A stretch of 64,000 nt of DNA from an uncultured Bacilli bacterium (GTDB lineage Bacteria > Bacillota_I > Bacilli_A > RF39 > UBA660). The notes below the pieces were generated by a model. The model made no database searches. It saw only the letters and a list, made by a program, of their open reading frames with translations, and was not told where the DNA came from. The position numbers and the translations under genes are program-made. Shown one piece after another: positions 30,195 through 38,348 of this stretch (positions are counted from its first letter, which is position 1; each line of letters opens with the position of its first letter). The DNA lies in contig CAKOMD010000003.1 of the NCBI GenBank assembly GCA_934096555.1, positions 15,489-79,488 of the forward strand. The letters are read 5' to 3'.

Positions 30195-31871
30195 TTATTT
30201 ATATTCTATTATACTTTCTCCCATTAAATCAATAAGTTCATCAACAGAAGATTTTTTATTTTCTTTTTTATCTGCATTAATAAAATTTTTTTCAACATAC
30301 TTAATGCCATTTTTTATATTAGAAATATATTTACTTTTTTCCTTGCTCCAGTTATCATTAGACATACCAACAATTAAAACTTTATTTTTAAATATTTTTA
30401 AAAGAAAGTCATCTACTAAAGAAAAATTTTCATTTATTCTGTTGGCAACGGATTCAAGAGTATTAGAAACAATAATATACTTTTCAGAAGCAACTACGGG
30501 TGTAGAATCCTTTAATAAACCTGCAACTACCGAATATTCATCATCATACAAATATTCATCAATCAAAGACCATTGTTCCTTAAACTTTTTTAATGACTCC
30601 TTATTGGCAGTAGCTAAAGCATTATTAATTCTAATATTAATATTTTCAGTAGTTATTTTATCTTTTTCATTGTTATTTGCATCAGTATCATTACCTTTGT
30701 CAATGATTTTATTATTTATTTCACTAGAAGTAACTATATTTTTGTCATCTTTAACTAAATTAACTCTAGTATTTTCCTCTAAAATATTAATTTTTTTTCC
30801 AAAGTAATTGTCAGAAAATTTTAATATAGTAGTCATAAGCAAAATACAACCATGCGTTGAAACTCTTAAAAAGTTTTGAACCTCATTCAGTATTTCAATT
30901 AATTCATAAATATTTTTCGAATCATATAGTCCACTAACCAATACAATATTCTCATTCTTTACTTCAATATCAGATAATATTTTTGCATTGCAATATAATA
31001 TAACATCTTTTAAAAACAATATTAATTCAGAAACAAATTTATTAATATCTTTACCACTATTATCAAAAGTATCAAAAAATTTAATTATTTCAATTTTATC
31101 GTTATCTACTATATATTTAAGTAACAAATAAATATCACTATAAGAAACAGAACCATTTACTTTATAAATGTCATCAAGAGTAATTTTTTTATTATCATAA
31201 GCGACAAGTTGATCCAGAAAATTAATAGCATCACGCATTCCACCATCTGAAATACGAGCAATTTCATAAAGTGCATCATCATCAACAACAATATTTTCAA
31301 GTTTAGAAATTTCTCTCAATCTATCAACAATTTTTTTTGAATCAATTTTAGTAAATCTAAACTTTTGACATCTTGAAGTTATAGTAAGTGGTATTTTATG
31401 TGGTTCTGTAGTAGCCAAAATAAAAATGACATGTGCTGGAGGTTCTTCAAGTGTTTTTAAAAGTGCATTAAAAGCTTGCGTAGTGAGCATGTGAACTTCA
31501 TCTATAATGTAAACCTTATATTTAGCATTACTAGGTACAAGATTTACTTTATCCCTAAGTTCCCTAATCTCATCAACACCATTATTCGAAGCAGCATCTA
31601 TTTCAACAATATCATTACTATTAAGAAAATTAACGCAGTTATAACATTTTCCGCAAGGTTTACCATCTACTAGTCCTTCACAATTAACCATTCTAGCAAT
31701 TATCTTGGCAATAGTAGTTTTACCAGTTCCTCTTGGACCACAAAATAAATAAGCATGTGAAACCATATTATTATTAATTGCATTCTTAATAACAGTTACA
31801 ACTTCTTCTTGACCATACACATTATCAAAATCAATTGGTCTATATTTTCTATACAAGGCTAAATAACTCAC
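30195..31871 (-). CDS. dnaX: DNA polymerase III subunit gamma/tau
   Basis: GPRGTGKTT Walker A, a CGKCYNC zinc module and SRCQ. Confidence 0.95.
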   Translation of the reverse strand: MSYLALYRKYRPIDFDNVYGQEEVVTVIKNAINNNMVSHAYLFCGPRGTGKTTIAKIIARMVNCEGLVDGKPCGKCYNCVNFLNSNDIVEIDAASNNGVDEIRELRDKVNLVPSNAKYKVYIIDEVHMLTTQAFNALLKTLEEPPAHVIFILATTEPHKIPLTITSRCQKFRFTKIDSKKIVDRLREISKLENIVVDDDALYEIARISDGGMRDAINFLDQLVAYDNKKITLDDIYKVNGSVSYSDIYLLLKYIVDNDKIEIIKFFDTFDNSGKDINKFVSELILFLKDVILYCNAKILSDIEVKNENIVLVSGLYDSKNIYELIEILNEVQNFLRVSTHGCILLMTTILKFSDNYFGKKINILEENTRVNLVKDDKNIVTSSEINNKIIDKGNDTDANNNEKDKITTENINIRINNALATANKESLKKFKEQWSLIDEYLYDDEYSVVAGLLKDSTPVVASEKYIIVSNTLESVANRINENFSLVDDFLLKIFKNKVLIVGMSNDNWSKEKSKYISNIKNGIKYVEKNFINADKKENKKSSVDELIDLMGESIIEYK

Positions 31872-31919
31872 AAACTACCTCCTCACAAACAATTATAACA
31901 CAAAATAAAGATATAAACA

Positions 31920-32342
31920 TCATTTTTTTCGTTTATTTGCAAAAAAATCAGATAAAATTTTTGAACATTCTGTATCATCAACAAAATATAAGTTAACAAG
32001 CTTGTTTATCCTCCTAATATCATACATTTGTTCGCTATTATTTTTTGCCCCAAAATAAACATTTTTAATTCTAGATTCAACAATTGCACCCATACACATC
32101 ATGCAGGGCTCCAAAGTGACATAAAGATCACATTCATCCAAACGCCAAGAATTGAGTTTTCCACAGGCTATATCAATTGCCACCATTTCAGCATGCCTAA
32201 TTGCACAATTTTTGCTTTCTTTTTCATTGTGTCCACAGGCTATAACCTTATTTTTGTATACAATAACGCATCCTACAGGAATTTCGTCCAAATCAAAAGC
32301 CTTTTTTGCTTCAATAAATGCCATATCAAGATATTTTTTCAT
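31920..32342 (-). CDS. tadA: tRNA-specific adenosine deaminase
   Basis: Starts at MKKYLDMAFIEAKKA. The HAEM and PCMMC zinc motifs are present. The ORF-track extension was trimmed. Confidence 0.9.
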   Translation of the reverse strand: MKKYLDMAFIEAKKAFDLDEIPVGCVIVYKNKVIACGHNEKESKNCAIRHAEMVAIDIACGKLNSWRLDECDLYVTLEPCMMCMGAIVESRIKNVYFGAKNNSEQMYDIRRINKLVNLYFVDDTECSKILSDFFANKRKK

Positions 32343-32429
32343 TATAAGCTCCTTTTCTATCAACAAGTATAACAAAAAATAGTAGCTAGAACCAGTTATT
32401 TTAATTATACCCATCAACAAGTAAAAAAA

Positions 32430-32445
32430 CGTTCCACGTGAAACA
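32430..32445. other. parS site 1 of 8
   Basis: cGTTCCACGTGAAACA (15/16). No adjacent DnaA-box-like 9-mer. Confidence 0.7.
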
Positions 32446-32518
32446 TAACATGATGCTATTAAAATTCATTTATATTAACTAAATATTAACAAGATAATTA
32501 TAAGTTTGTGGATATACA

Positions 32519-32534
32519 AGTTTCACGTGAAACA
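32519..32534. other. parS site 2 of 8
   Basis: aGTTTCACGTGAAACA (15/16). TGTGGATAT at 32507-32515 lies 3 nt upstream. Confidence 0.75.
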
Positions 32535-32668
32535 TAGCTGATTCAAAATTGAATAAAGTACCATTTTAAAGCAAATAACGCAAAATTAAATGAAATTGAA
32601 AATAAAACACACAGAAAATGTTCTTTTTTAGATAGTATACTTAAAATATAAAGACTGTGGAAAAATCA

Positions 32669-32684
32669 TGTTCCACGTGAAACA
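32669..32684. other. parS site 3 of 8
   Basis: TGTTCCACGTGAAACA (16/16). TGTGGAAAA at 32656-32664 lies 4 nt upstream. Confidence 0.85.
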
Positions 32685-32852
32685 TTTGTAATTAATAGTA
32701 TAAGATAAAAAATTTAGTAAAATTTATCATGATTTTCTAAAAATAGTTGTATAAATAAATTTATTTGAATTGAATAATAAAAAAATTCATTATAATTGAT
32801 TATATATTTAATATATTAAAAACATTTTAGTGATAAAATATGTTGATATACA

Positions 32853-32868
32853 AGTTTCACGTGAAACA
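32853..32868. other. parS site 4 of 8
   Basis: aGTTTCACGTGAAACA (15/16). TGTTGATAT at 32841-32849 lies 3 nt upstream. Confidence 0.75.
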
Positions 32869-33022
32869 TACACTTTTTTATTATGTAATTACGTCTAATA
32901 AATATAAATACATCATATATATGATTATAAAAATTACAAAAATTTAATATCATTTATTGAAGCAGTTAATTAAAATATATTTAATATCAATAATTAAAAT
33001 AATTTTAGTTGTGGAAAACTCA

Positions 33023-33038
33023 TGTTTCATGTGAAACA
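33023..33038. other. parS site 5 of 8
   Basis: TGTTTCAtGTGAAACA (15/16). TGTGGAAAA at 33010-33018 lies 4 nt upstream. Confidence 0.7.
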
Positions 33039-33185
33039 TAGCTAATTCAATAATAGATAAAATATCATTTTTAGCCGAATACATGCAAAATTAAGTGAAA
33101 TTTTTAAAAAATATAATGAAAATGTTCTTTTTTAAGATAATGTACTGAAAATATAAAAGTTTAATAATTTGTTGTGGAAAACTTA

Positions 33186-33201
33186 CGTTCCACATGAAAC
33201 T
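33186..33201. other. parS site 6 of 8 (degenerate)
   Basis: cGTTCCACaTGAAACt (13/16). TGTGGAAAA at 33173-33181 lies 4 nt upstream. Confidence 0.45.
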
Positions 33202-33345
33202 TTATATTTACAAAGAAAAAATACACAAATATAAAACAGCTTAAGATTAATATGTAGTTTAAATATTTAATTTTTAAATATTTATAATAAAAATCTAATT
33301 ATTATATTATAATTATTACTTTCATGATTACATGTGGAAAACTCA

Positions 33346-33361
33346 TGTTTCACGTGAAACA
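33346..33361. other. parS site 7 of 8
   Basis: TGTTTCACGTGAAACA, a perfect 16-bp palindrome. TGTGGAAAA at 33333-33341 lies 4 nt upstream. Confidence 0.85.
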
Positions 33362-33551
33362 TTATAATATAATTAAAAATAAAATAGAAATTAAATATCA
33401 TTAAGTTAATTACAACATTATTGTTTAATCTTATATAACTAATCAACGATATAGTTTTAATTATTATATATAATAAATCTGTTCACAATTTTGATATATA
33501 ATAATTAAAAACTATAGTCTAATTCAAATATAAAAAAATTGTGGAAACTCA

Positions 33552-33567
33552 TGTTCCACGTGAAACA
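33552..33567. other. parS site 8 of 8
   Basis: TGTTCCACGTGAAACA (16/16). TGTGGAAAC at 33540-33548 lies 3 nt upstream. Confidence 0.85.
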
Positions 33568-33576
33568 TAAAAAAAA

Positions 33577-33649
33577 GATACACACATTAATAAAATGTTA
33601 AAGCTGCTGGCTTCCGCCCCTGACTTGATTCCATCATTAATGTTGTATC
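33577..33649 (-). ncRNA. ffs: small (4.5S-type) signal recognition particle RNA
   Basis: The minus strand forms one long hairpin: GAUACAACAUUAAUGAUGGAAUCAA-GUCAGG-GGC-GGAA-GCC-AGCAGC-UUUAACAUUUUAUUAAUGUGUGUAUC. The GUCAGG/AGCAGC loops and the GGAA tetraloop are the conserved SRP domain IV. It is followed by a U-run, and a TATAGT -10 element lies upstream. Confidence 0.8.
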
Positions 33650-33728
33650 AACAACACTATATCACATTTTAACAAAAAAAACAAGTATATATCAATCGCG
33701 AACATTTGTATGCTTAAAGTATACAATA

Positions 33729-33744
33729 TATTTCCCGGGAAATA
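33729..33744. other. Noc-binding site (NBS) palindrome
   Basis: TATTTCCCGGGAAATA, identical to the published Bacillus NBS core ATTTCCCGGGAAAT. It lies just downstream of the gyrA stop. Confidence 0.75.
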
Positions 33745-33764
33745 AAAAGAGTAAGCATTTTAAA

Positions 33765-36368
33765 TTACTCACTCTTTATTTCATTAATTTCCAAAGTTTG
33801 TTCATCATTGTCTTTATCGACAACTGCAGTTCCACTAACTTTCGTATCATCCTTAAGATTAATAAGTCTAACTCCCTGAGTAACTCTACTCATTCTAGAA
33901 ATCTTATCGACTGCTAATCTAATAATCATACCTGTATCAGTAATAATTATCAAATCCTTATCATCTGTAACAGTTTTAAATGAAACAATAGCACCATTCT
34001 TTTCGGTGATATTAATAGTTTTAACACCTTTACCGCCTCTATTTGTTATTCTATATTCATCAATAGGAGTCTTTTTACCATATCCATATTCACTAATAAC
34101 AAGAACATCTTCATTAGGTTTAATGACTTCCATTCCAACAAGAAAACCACCATCTAAATTAATACCTCTAACTCCAGAAGCACCTCTTCCCATAACTCTA
34201 ATAGAATTTTCATTAAATCTTACCATTCTACCATTAGAAGAAGCCATTAAAATATCATTATCTCCGGTAGTACCCTTAACAGAAATAAGTTCATCATCGT
34301 CTCTTAAAGTGATAAATCTCTTACCATTAGTTCTAATATTATAGAATTCGGCCAAATCAGTTCTCTTAATTAAACCACTTTTAGTGGCAAATACCAAATA
34401 CTTATCTTCACTATCACTAGATCCGTTAAGTAAAGCCGTAACATACTCACCCTGTTCTAAGTTAAGTAGATTGATAATTGGTAATCCCTTTGATTGTCTA
34501 CTATATTCAGGAATTTTGTAGCCTTTAACCCTGTATACTTTGCCCATATTAGTAAAGAATAAAACATAATCATGTGTAGAACAATTAAGAATTTGTTCAA
34601 CAAAGTCTTCTTCGTTAGTAGACATACCTTTTATACCAACTCCACCTCTATGCTGTGTCTTATAAGTAGAAGCAGATAATCTCTTAATATACCCCTTCTT
34701 AGTTAAAGTAATAACAACTTTATCTTCAGGAATTAAGCTTTCGTCCTCAATATACTCAACAGCGGTCATATCAATATGTGTTCTTCTTTCATCAGCATAT
34801 CTACTCTTAATTTCTAATAATTCTTTTTTAATAATACTAAGAACTTTTTCTTCAGAAGCAAGAATAGACTTTAATTCTTCGATTTCAATAAGCAAATCAG
34901 CAAGTTCTGCTTCAATTTTATCTCTTTCCATTCCGGTTAAACGACGTAATTTTAATTCTAATATAGCATCAGTTTGAATTTCAGATAAAGCAAATCGTTC
35001 CATTAATTTTTTCTTTGCTTCTATATCACTTTCGGCAGTTTTTATTATTTTGATAACCTCATCAATATTATCTTGAGCTATTTTATAACCCTCTAAAATA
35101 TGAACTCTTCTCTCGTCTTTATCTAAATCAAATTTAGTTCTTCTAATAATCACTTCTTTTTGATGATCAATATATTTAGAAATAATATCCTTTAATCCCA
35201 AGGTCTTAGGAACGCCCTGATCAAGCATCAAAAATATAATTCCATAGGAAATTTGAAAATTAGTATGCTTATATAAATTATTAAGTACAACCTGAGGATT
35301 AGCATCCCTTTTCAAAGTAATAGTGATTTTAACACCATCTTTTAAATCAGTATGATAATCAGATATACCATCAATAACTTTATCTCTAACAAGTTCAGCA
35401 ACCTTATTTTTTAGTTCCATAGTATTTATACCATAAGGAACTTCAGTAATAACAATAGTATTATGATTATTATGTTCTTCAATCTCTGCTCTACTACGAA
35501 TAGTAATAGATCCTCTACCAGTTTCATAGGCCTTCTTTATACCGGAATTGCCAAGTATAATTCCACCTGTAGGAAAATCAGGCCCCTTTATGTATTCCAT
35601 AAGACCTAAAGTATCTATATCATGATTATCGATATATGCTACGCAGCCATCAATTACCTCACCTAAATTATGTGGTGGAATATTAGTAGCCATACCAACA
35701 GCTATACCCATTGAGCCATTTACTAATATATTTGGAAATCTACTTGGTAATACTCTAGGTTCTTTACTAGTTTCATCAAAATTATCATCCATATCAACAG
35801 TATTTTTATTAATATCTCTAATAAGTTCAAGCGAAATTCTAGATAATCTTGCTTCAGTATAACGATATGCTGCAGCACCATCACCTTCAATATTACCAAA
35901 ATTACCATGACCATCAACTAACATATATCTTTCATTAAAATCTTGTGCTAAACGAACCATAGCCTCATATATAGAACTGTCTCCATGAGGATGGTAATGT
36001 CCCATAACATAACCAACAGTAGTTGCAGATTTTTTATGAGGCTTATCTGGAGTATTACCTTCTTCGTACATAGACCATAAAATTCTCCTGTGAACAGGTT
36101 TTAATCCATCTCTAAGGTCAGGAATAGCTCTTGAAGTAATAACACTCATAGAATAGTCAATAAATGAATCTTTAACCTCTGAAACTATGTCATTTGCAGT
36201 ACTGCTATCTTTTTCATGAAAATCACCATTAAATTTATCAGTTTCTTCTATATCTGAATTTTCAACAGCAATATCTTCATTTTTTTCACCTTGATTATTG
36301 TCATTCATCGCTCTATTAACAAGTTCATTAATATCGCTGCTTTCTTTTTTAATATTTTCATCTTCCAT
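33765..36368 (-). CDS. gyrA: DNA gyrase subunit A
   Basis: 867 aa with AIPDLRDGLKPVHRR and the active-site block AAAYRYTEAR, plus C-terminal beta-pinwheel repeats. An acidic N-terminal extension is also present. Confidence 0.97.
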   Translation of the reverse strand: MEDENIKKESSDINELVNRAMNDNNQGEKNEDIAVENSDIEETDKFNGDFHEKDSSTANDIVSEVKDSFIDYSMSVITSRAIPDLRDGLKPVHRRILWSMYEEGNTPDKPHKKSATTVGYVMGHYHPHGDSSIYEAMVRLAQDFNERYMLVDGHGNFGNIEGDGAAAYRYTEARLSRISLELIRDINKNTVDMDDNFDETSKEPRVLPSRFPNILVNGSMGIAVGMATNIPPHNLGEVIDGCVAYIDNHDIDTLGLMEYIKGPDFPTGGIILGNSGIKKAYETGRGSITIRSRAEIEEHNNHNTIVITEVPYGINTMELKNKVAELVRDKVIDGISDYHTDLKDGVKITITLKRDANPQVVLNNLYKHTNFQISYGIIFLMLDQGVPKTLGLKDIISKYIDHQKEVIIRRTKFDLDKDERRVHILEGYKIAQDNIDEVIKIIKTAESDIEAKKKLMERFALSEIQTDAILELKLRRLTGMERDKIEAELADLLIEIEELKSILASEEKVLSIIKKELLEIKSRYADERRTHIDMTAVEYIEDESLIPEDKVVITLTKKGYIKRLSASTYKTQHRGGVGIKGMSTNEEDFVEQILNCSTHDYVLFFTNMGKVYRVKGYKIPEYSRQSKGLPIINLLNLEQGEYVTALLNGSSDSEDKYLVFATKSGLIKRTDLAEFYNIRTNGKRFITLRDDDELISVKGTTGDNDILMASSNGRMVRFNENSIRVMGRGASGVRGINLDGGFLVGMEVIKPNEDVLVISEYGYGKKTPIDEYRITNRGGKGVKTINITEKNGAIVSFKTVTDDKDLIIITDTGMIIRLAVDKISRMSRVTQGVRLINLKDDTKVSGTAVVDKDNDEQTLEINEIKSE

Positions 36369-36379
36369 AACATAACCTC

Positions 36380-38302
36380 CTAAATATCAAGATTTTTAAC
36401 GTATCTAGCATTTTCTTCAATAAATGCTCTTCTAGGTTCAACATCATCACCCATAAGTTTTTCAAAGATAGCATCAGCAGATACACAGTCATCAACAGTT
36501 ATTCTACGTAAAACCCTTTTATTAATATCCATAGTAGTCTCGTTTAATTCCTCAGCATCCATTTCTCCTAAACCTTTCATACGAGCTATTTCCGCACGAT
36601 TTCTAATATTTTCAGGAAGACTCGCTAAATATGCCTCTTTTTCATTTTCATCAAGTACATATCTCCTTGTTTTTCCATGCATTATTCTAAATAAAGGTGG
36701 TTGAGCAGCATAAACATGACCAGCTTCAACAATTGGCTTAAAGAATCTATAAAATAACGTAAGAAGCAGTACTCTTATATGAGAACCATCAACATCAGCA
36801 TCTGTCATAATAATAATTTTATCATATCTAAGTTTTGATAAATCAAATTCTTCACCTATTCCAGTTCCAAATGCAGTAATGATAGTTCTAATTTCCTCAT
36901 TTGATAATGCCTTATCTAATCTAGCTTTTTCAACATTAAGAATTTTACCTCTAAGTGGTAAAATAGCTTGAGTCATAGAATCTCTTCCCTTTTTTGCAGA
37001 TCCACCTGCACTATCTCCTTCGACTATAAATATTTCTGATACTTTAGGATCTTTACTCTTACAATCAGATAATTTGCCAAAGAAGTTAGTCGTAGACAAA
37101 TCAGTCTTTCTAGTAATTTCTCTTGCTTTTCTTGCAGCATTTCTAGCCCTACAAGCAAGTAAAGCTTTATTAACTATTATTTTTGCATCCTCAGGATGTT
37201 CCAATAAGAATCTTTCAAATCCCTGAGAAAAAACACTATCAGCTAATTTTCTAACTTCAGAATTACCTAATCTTCCCTTTGTCTGTCCTTCAAATTGTGG
37301 ATTAGGATGCTTACATGAAATTATCATAGTTAAACCTTCTTTTACATCATCACCAGTCAAAGAATCGTCCTTTTCTTTAAGTAAATTATACTTTCTGGCA
37401 TAACTATTAATAACTCTAGTTAAAGCTCTTCTAACTCCCTCTTCATGAGTTCCTCCATCATGAGTATTAATATTATTAACAAATGAATAAATATTATCAT
37501 TATAACTAGTGTTATACTGCATTGCAACTTCAAACACAACACCATCTTCTTCACCAGTAAGATGAATAATATCGTCATGTAAAGGTGTTTTTCCTTTATT
37601 TATGAATTTTACATATTCACTTATACCACCATCGTATAAAAATTTTTCACCAGTAGTATCCTCATCATCTCTATCATCTCTCAAAGTAATACAAAGTCCC
37701 CTATTTAAGAAAGCTAATTCTCTGATTCTTACTTTAAGTATTTCATAATCATAAATATCACTATCAAATATAGTAGGATCTGGCTTAAATGTAACTGTGG
37801 TACCAGTTCTATCAGGAGAACATTCATCTATAACCTTTAATGGTGCTACAGTATGACCACCATTTTCAAATCTAATAAAGTAAACCTTACCATTTTTATA
37901 AACTTTTACTTCAACCCATTTACTTAAGGCATTAACTACTGAAGCACCAACACCATGTAAGCCTCCAGATACTTTGTATCCTCCTCCGCCAAATTTACCA
38001 CCAGCATGAAGTACTGTATATACAGTTTCAACAGTAGATTTTCCAGTTTTAGGATGTATATCAACAGGTATACCTCTACCATCATCCTTTACAGTAACAG
38101 AATTATCCTTATTTATAACAACTTCTATATTTTTACAATATCCAGCTAAGGCCTCATCTATTGAATTATCAACTATTTCCCATACTAAATGATGTAATCC
38201 TTTAATATCTGTTGTTCCTATATACATACCTGGTCTTTTTCTTACAGCCTCTAATCCTTCAAGTACCTGTATATCCGATGCATCATAATGTTCATTATTC
38301 AT
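36380..38302 (-). CDS. gyrB: DNA gyrase subunit B
   Basis: 640 aa with a GHKL ATPase domain, the EGDSAGGS Toprim motif and [10 protein letters not shown]. Confidence 0.97.
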   Translation of the reverse strand: MNNEHYDASDIQVLEGLEAVRKRPGMYIGTTDIKGLHHLVWEIVDNSIDEALAGYCKNIEVVINKDNSVTVKDDGRGIPVDIHPKTGKSTVETVYTVLHAGGKFGGGGYKVSGGLHGVGASVVNALSKWVEVKVYKNGKVYFIRFENGGHTVAPLKVIDECSPDRTGTTVTFKPDPTIFDSDIYDYEILKVRIRELAFLNRGLCITLRDDRDDEDTTGEKFLYDGGISEYVKFINKGKTPLHDDIIHLTGEEDGVVFEVAMQYNTSYNDNIYSFVNNINTHDGGTHEEGVRRALTRVINSYARKYNLLKEKDDSLTGDDVKEGLTMIISCKHPNPQFEGQTKGRLGNSEVRKLADSVFSQGFERFLLEHPEDAKIIVNKALLACRARNAARKAREITRKTDLSTTNFFGKLSDCKSKDPKVSEIFIVEGDSAGGSAKKGRDSMTQAILPLRGKILNVEKARLDKALSNEEIRTIITAFGTGIGEEFDLSKLRYDKIIIMTDADVDGSHIRVLLLTLFYRFFKPIVEAGHVYAAQPPLFRIMHGKTRRYVLDENEKEAYLASLPENIRNRAEIARMKGLGEMDAEELNETTMDINKRVLRRITVDDCVSADAIFEKLMGDDVEPRRAFIEENARYVKNLDI

Positions 38303-38324
38303 AATTAATCACCTTCCTGCTTAA

Positions 38325-38348
38325 AAATTATTTCCCGGGAAATAATTT
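38325..38348. other. Noc-binding site (NBS), extended 24-bp palindrome
   Basis: AAATTATTTCCCGGGAAATAATTT overlaps the recF stop codon, 23 nt upstream of the gyrB start. It is followed by an extra ATTTCCC half-site ending at 38351. Confidence 0.75.

Larger units (their letters stand above)
32430..33567. repeat. array of eight parS sites in gene-free DNA (candidate chromosomal centromere)
   Basis: Eight matches to the Bacillus parS consensus TGTTNCACGTGAAACA, spaced 89-206 bp apart. No ORF of 60 aa or more falls in this stretch. Confidence 0.85.

Noticed and set aside
31872-31919. Expected SRP RNA (scr) between tadA and dnaX, as in Bacillus.
   Set aside because: The gap is only 48 nt and contains no SRP domain IV motif. 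The SRP RNA was found at 33577-33649 instead.
32430-33567. CRISPR-like appearance: a roughly 30-bp repeat recurring eight times in non-coding DNA.
   Set aside because: Spacing is irregular and far too long (89-206 bp). The repeats are palindromic and match parS exactly. The spacers are partly duplicated copies of each other. No cas genes or leader are nearby.
33699-33712. LexA/DinR-like box CGAACATTTGTATG upstream of the SRP RNA.
   Set aside because: The right half-site (GTATG vs GTTCG) is poor, and the site is not upstream of any SOS-type gene. It is probably a chance match.
33568-33764. An rRNA operon or tRNA genes downstream of gyrA, as in Bacillus rrnO.
   Set aside because: No rRNA-like conserved blocks or cloverleaf candidates are visible anywhere in 32343-33764. 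Only the short SRP RNA and the protein-binding repeats were found.
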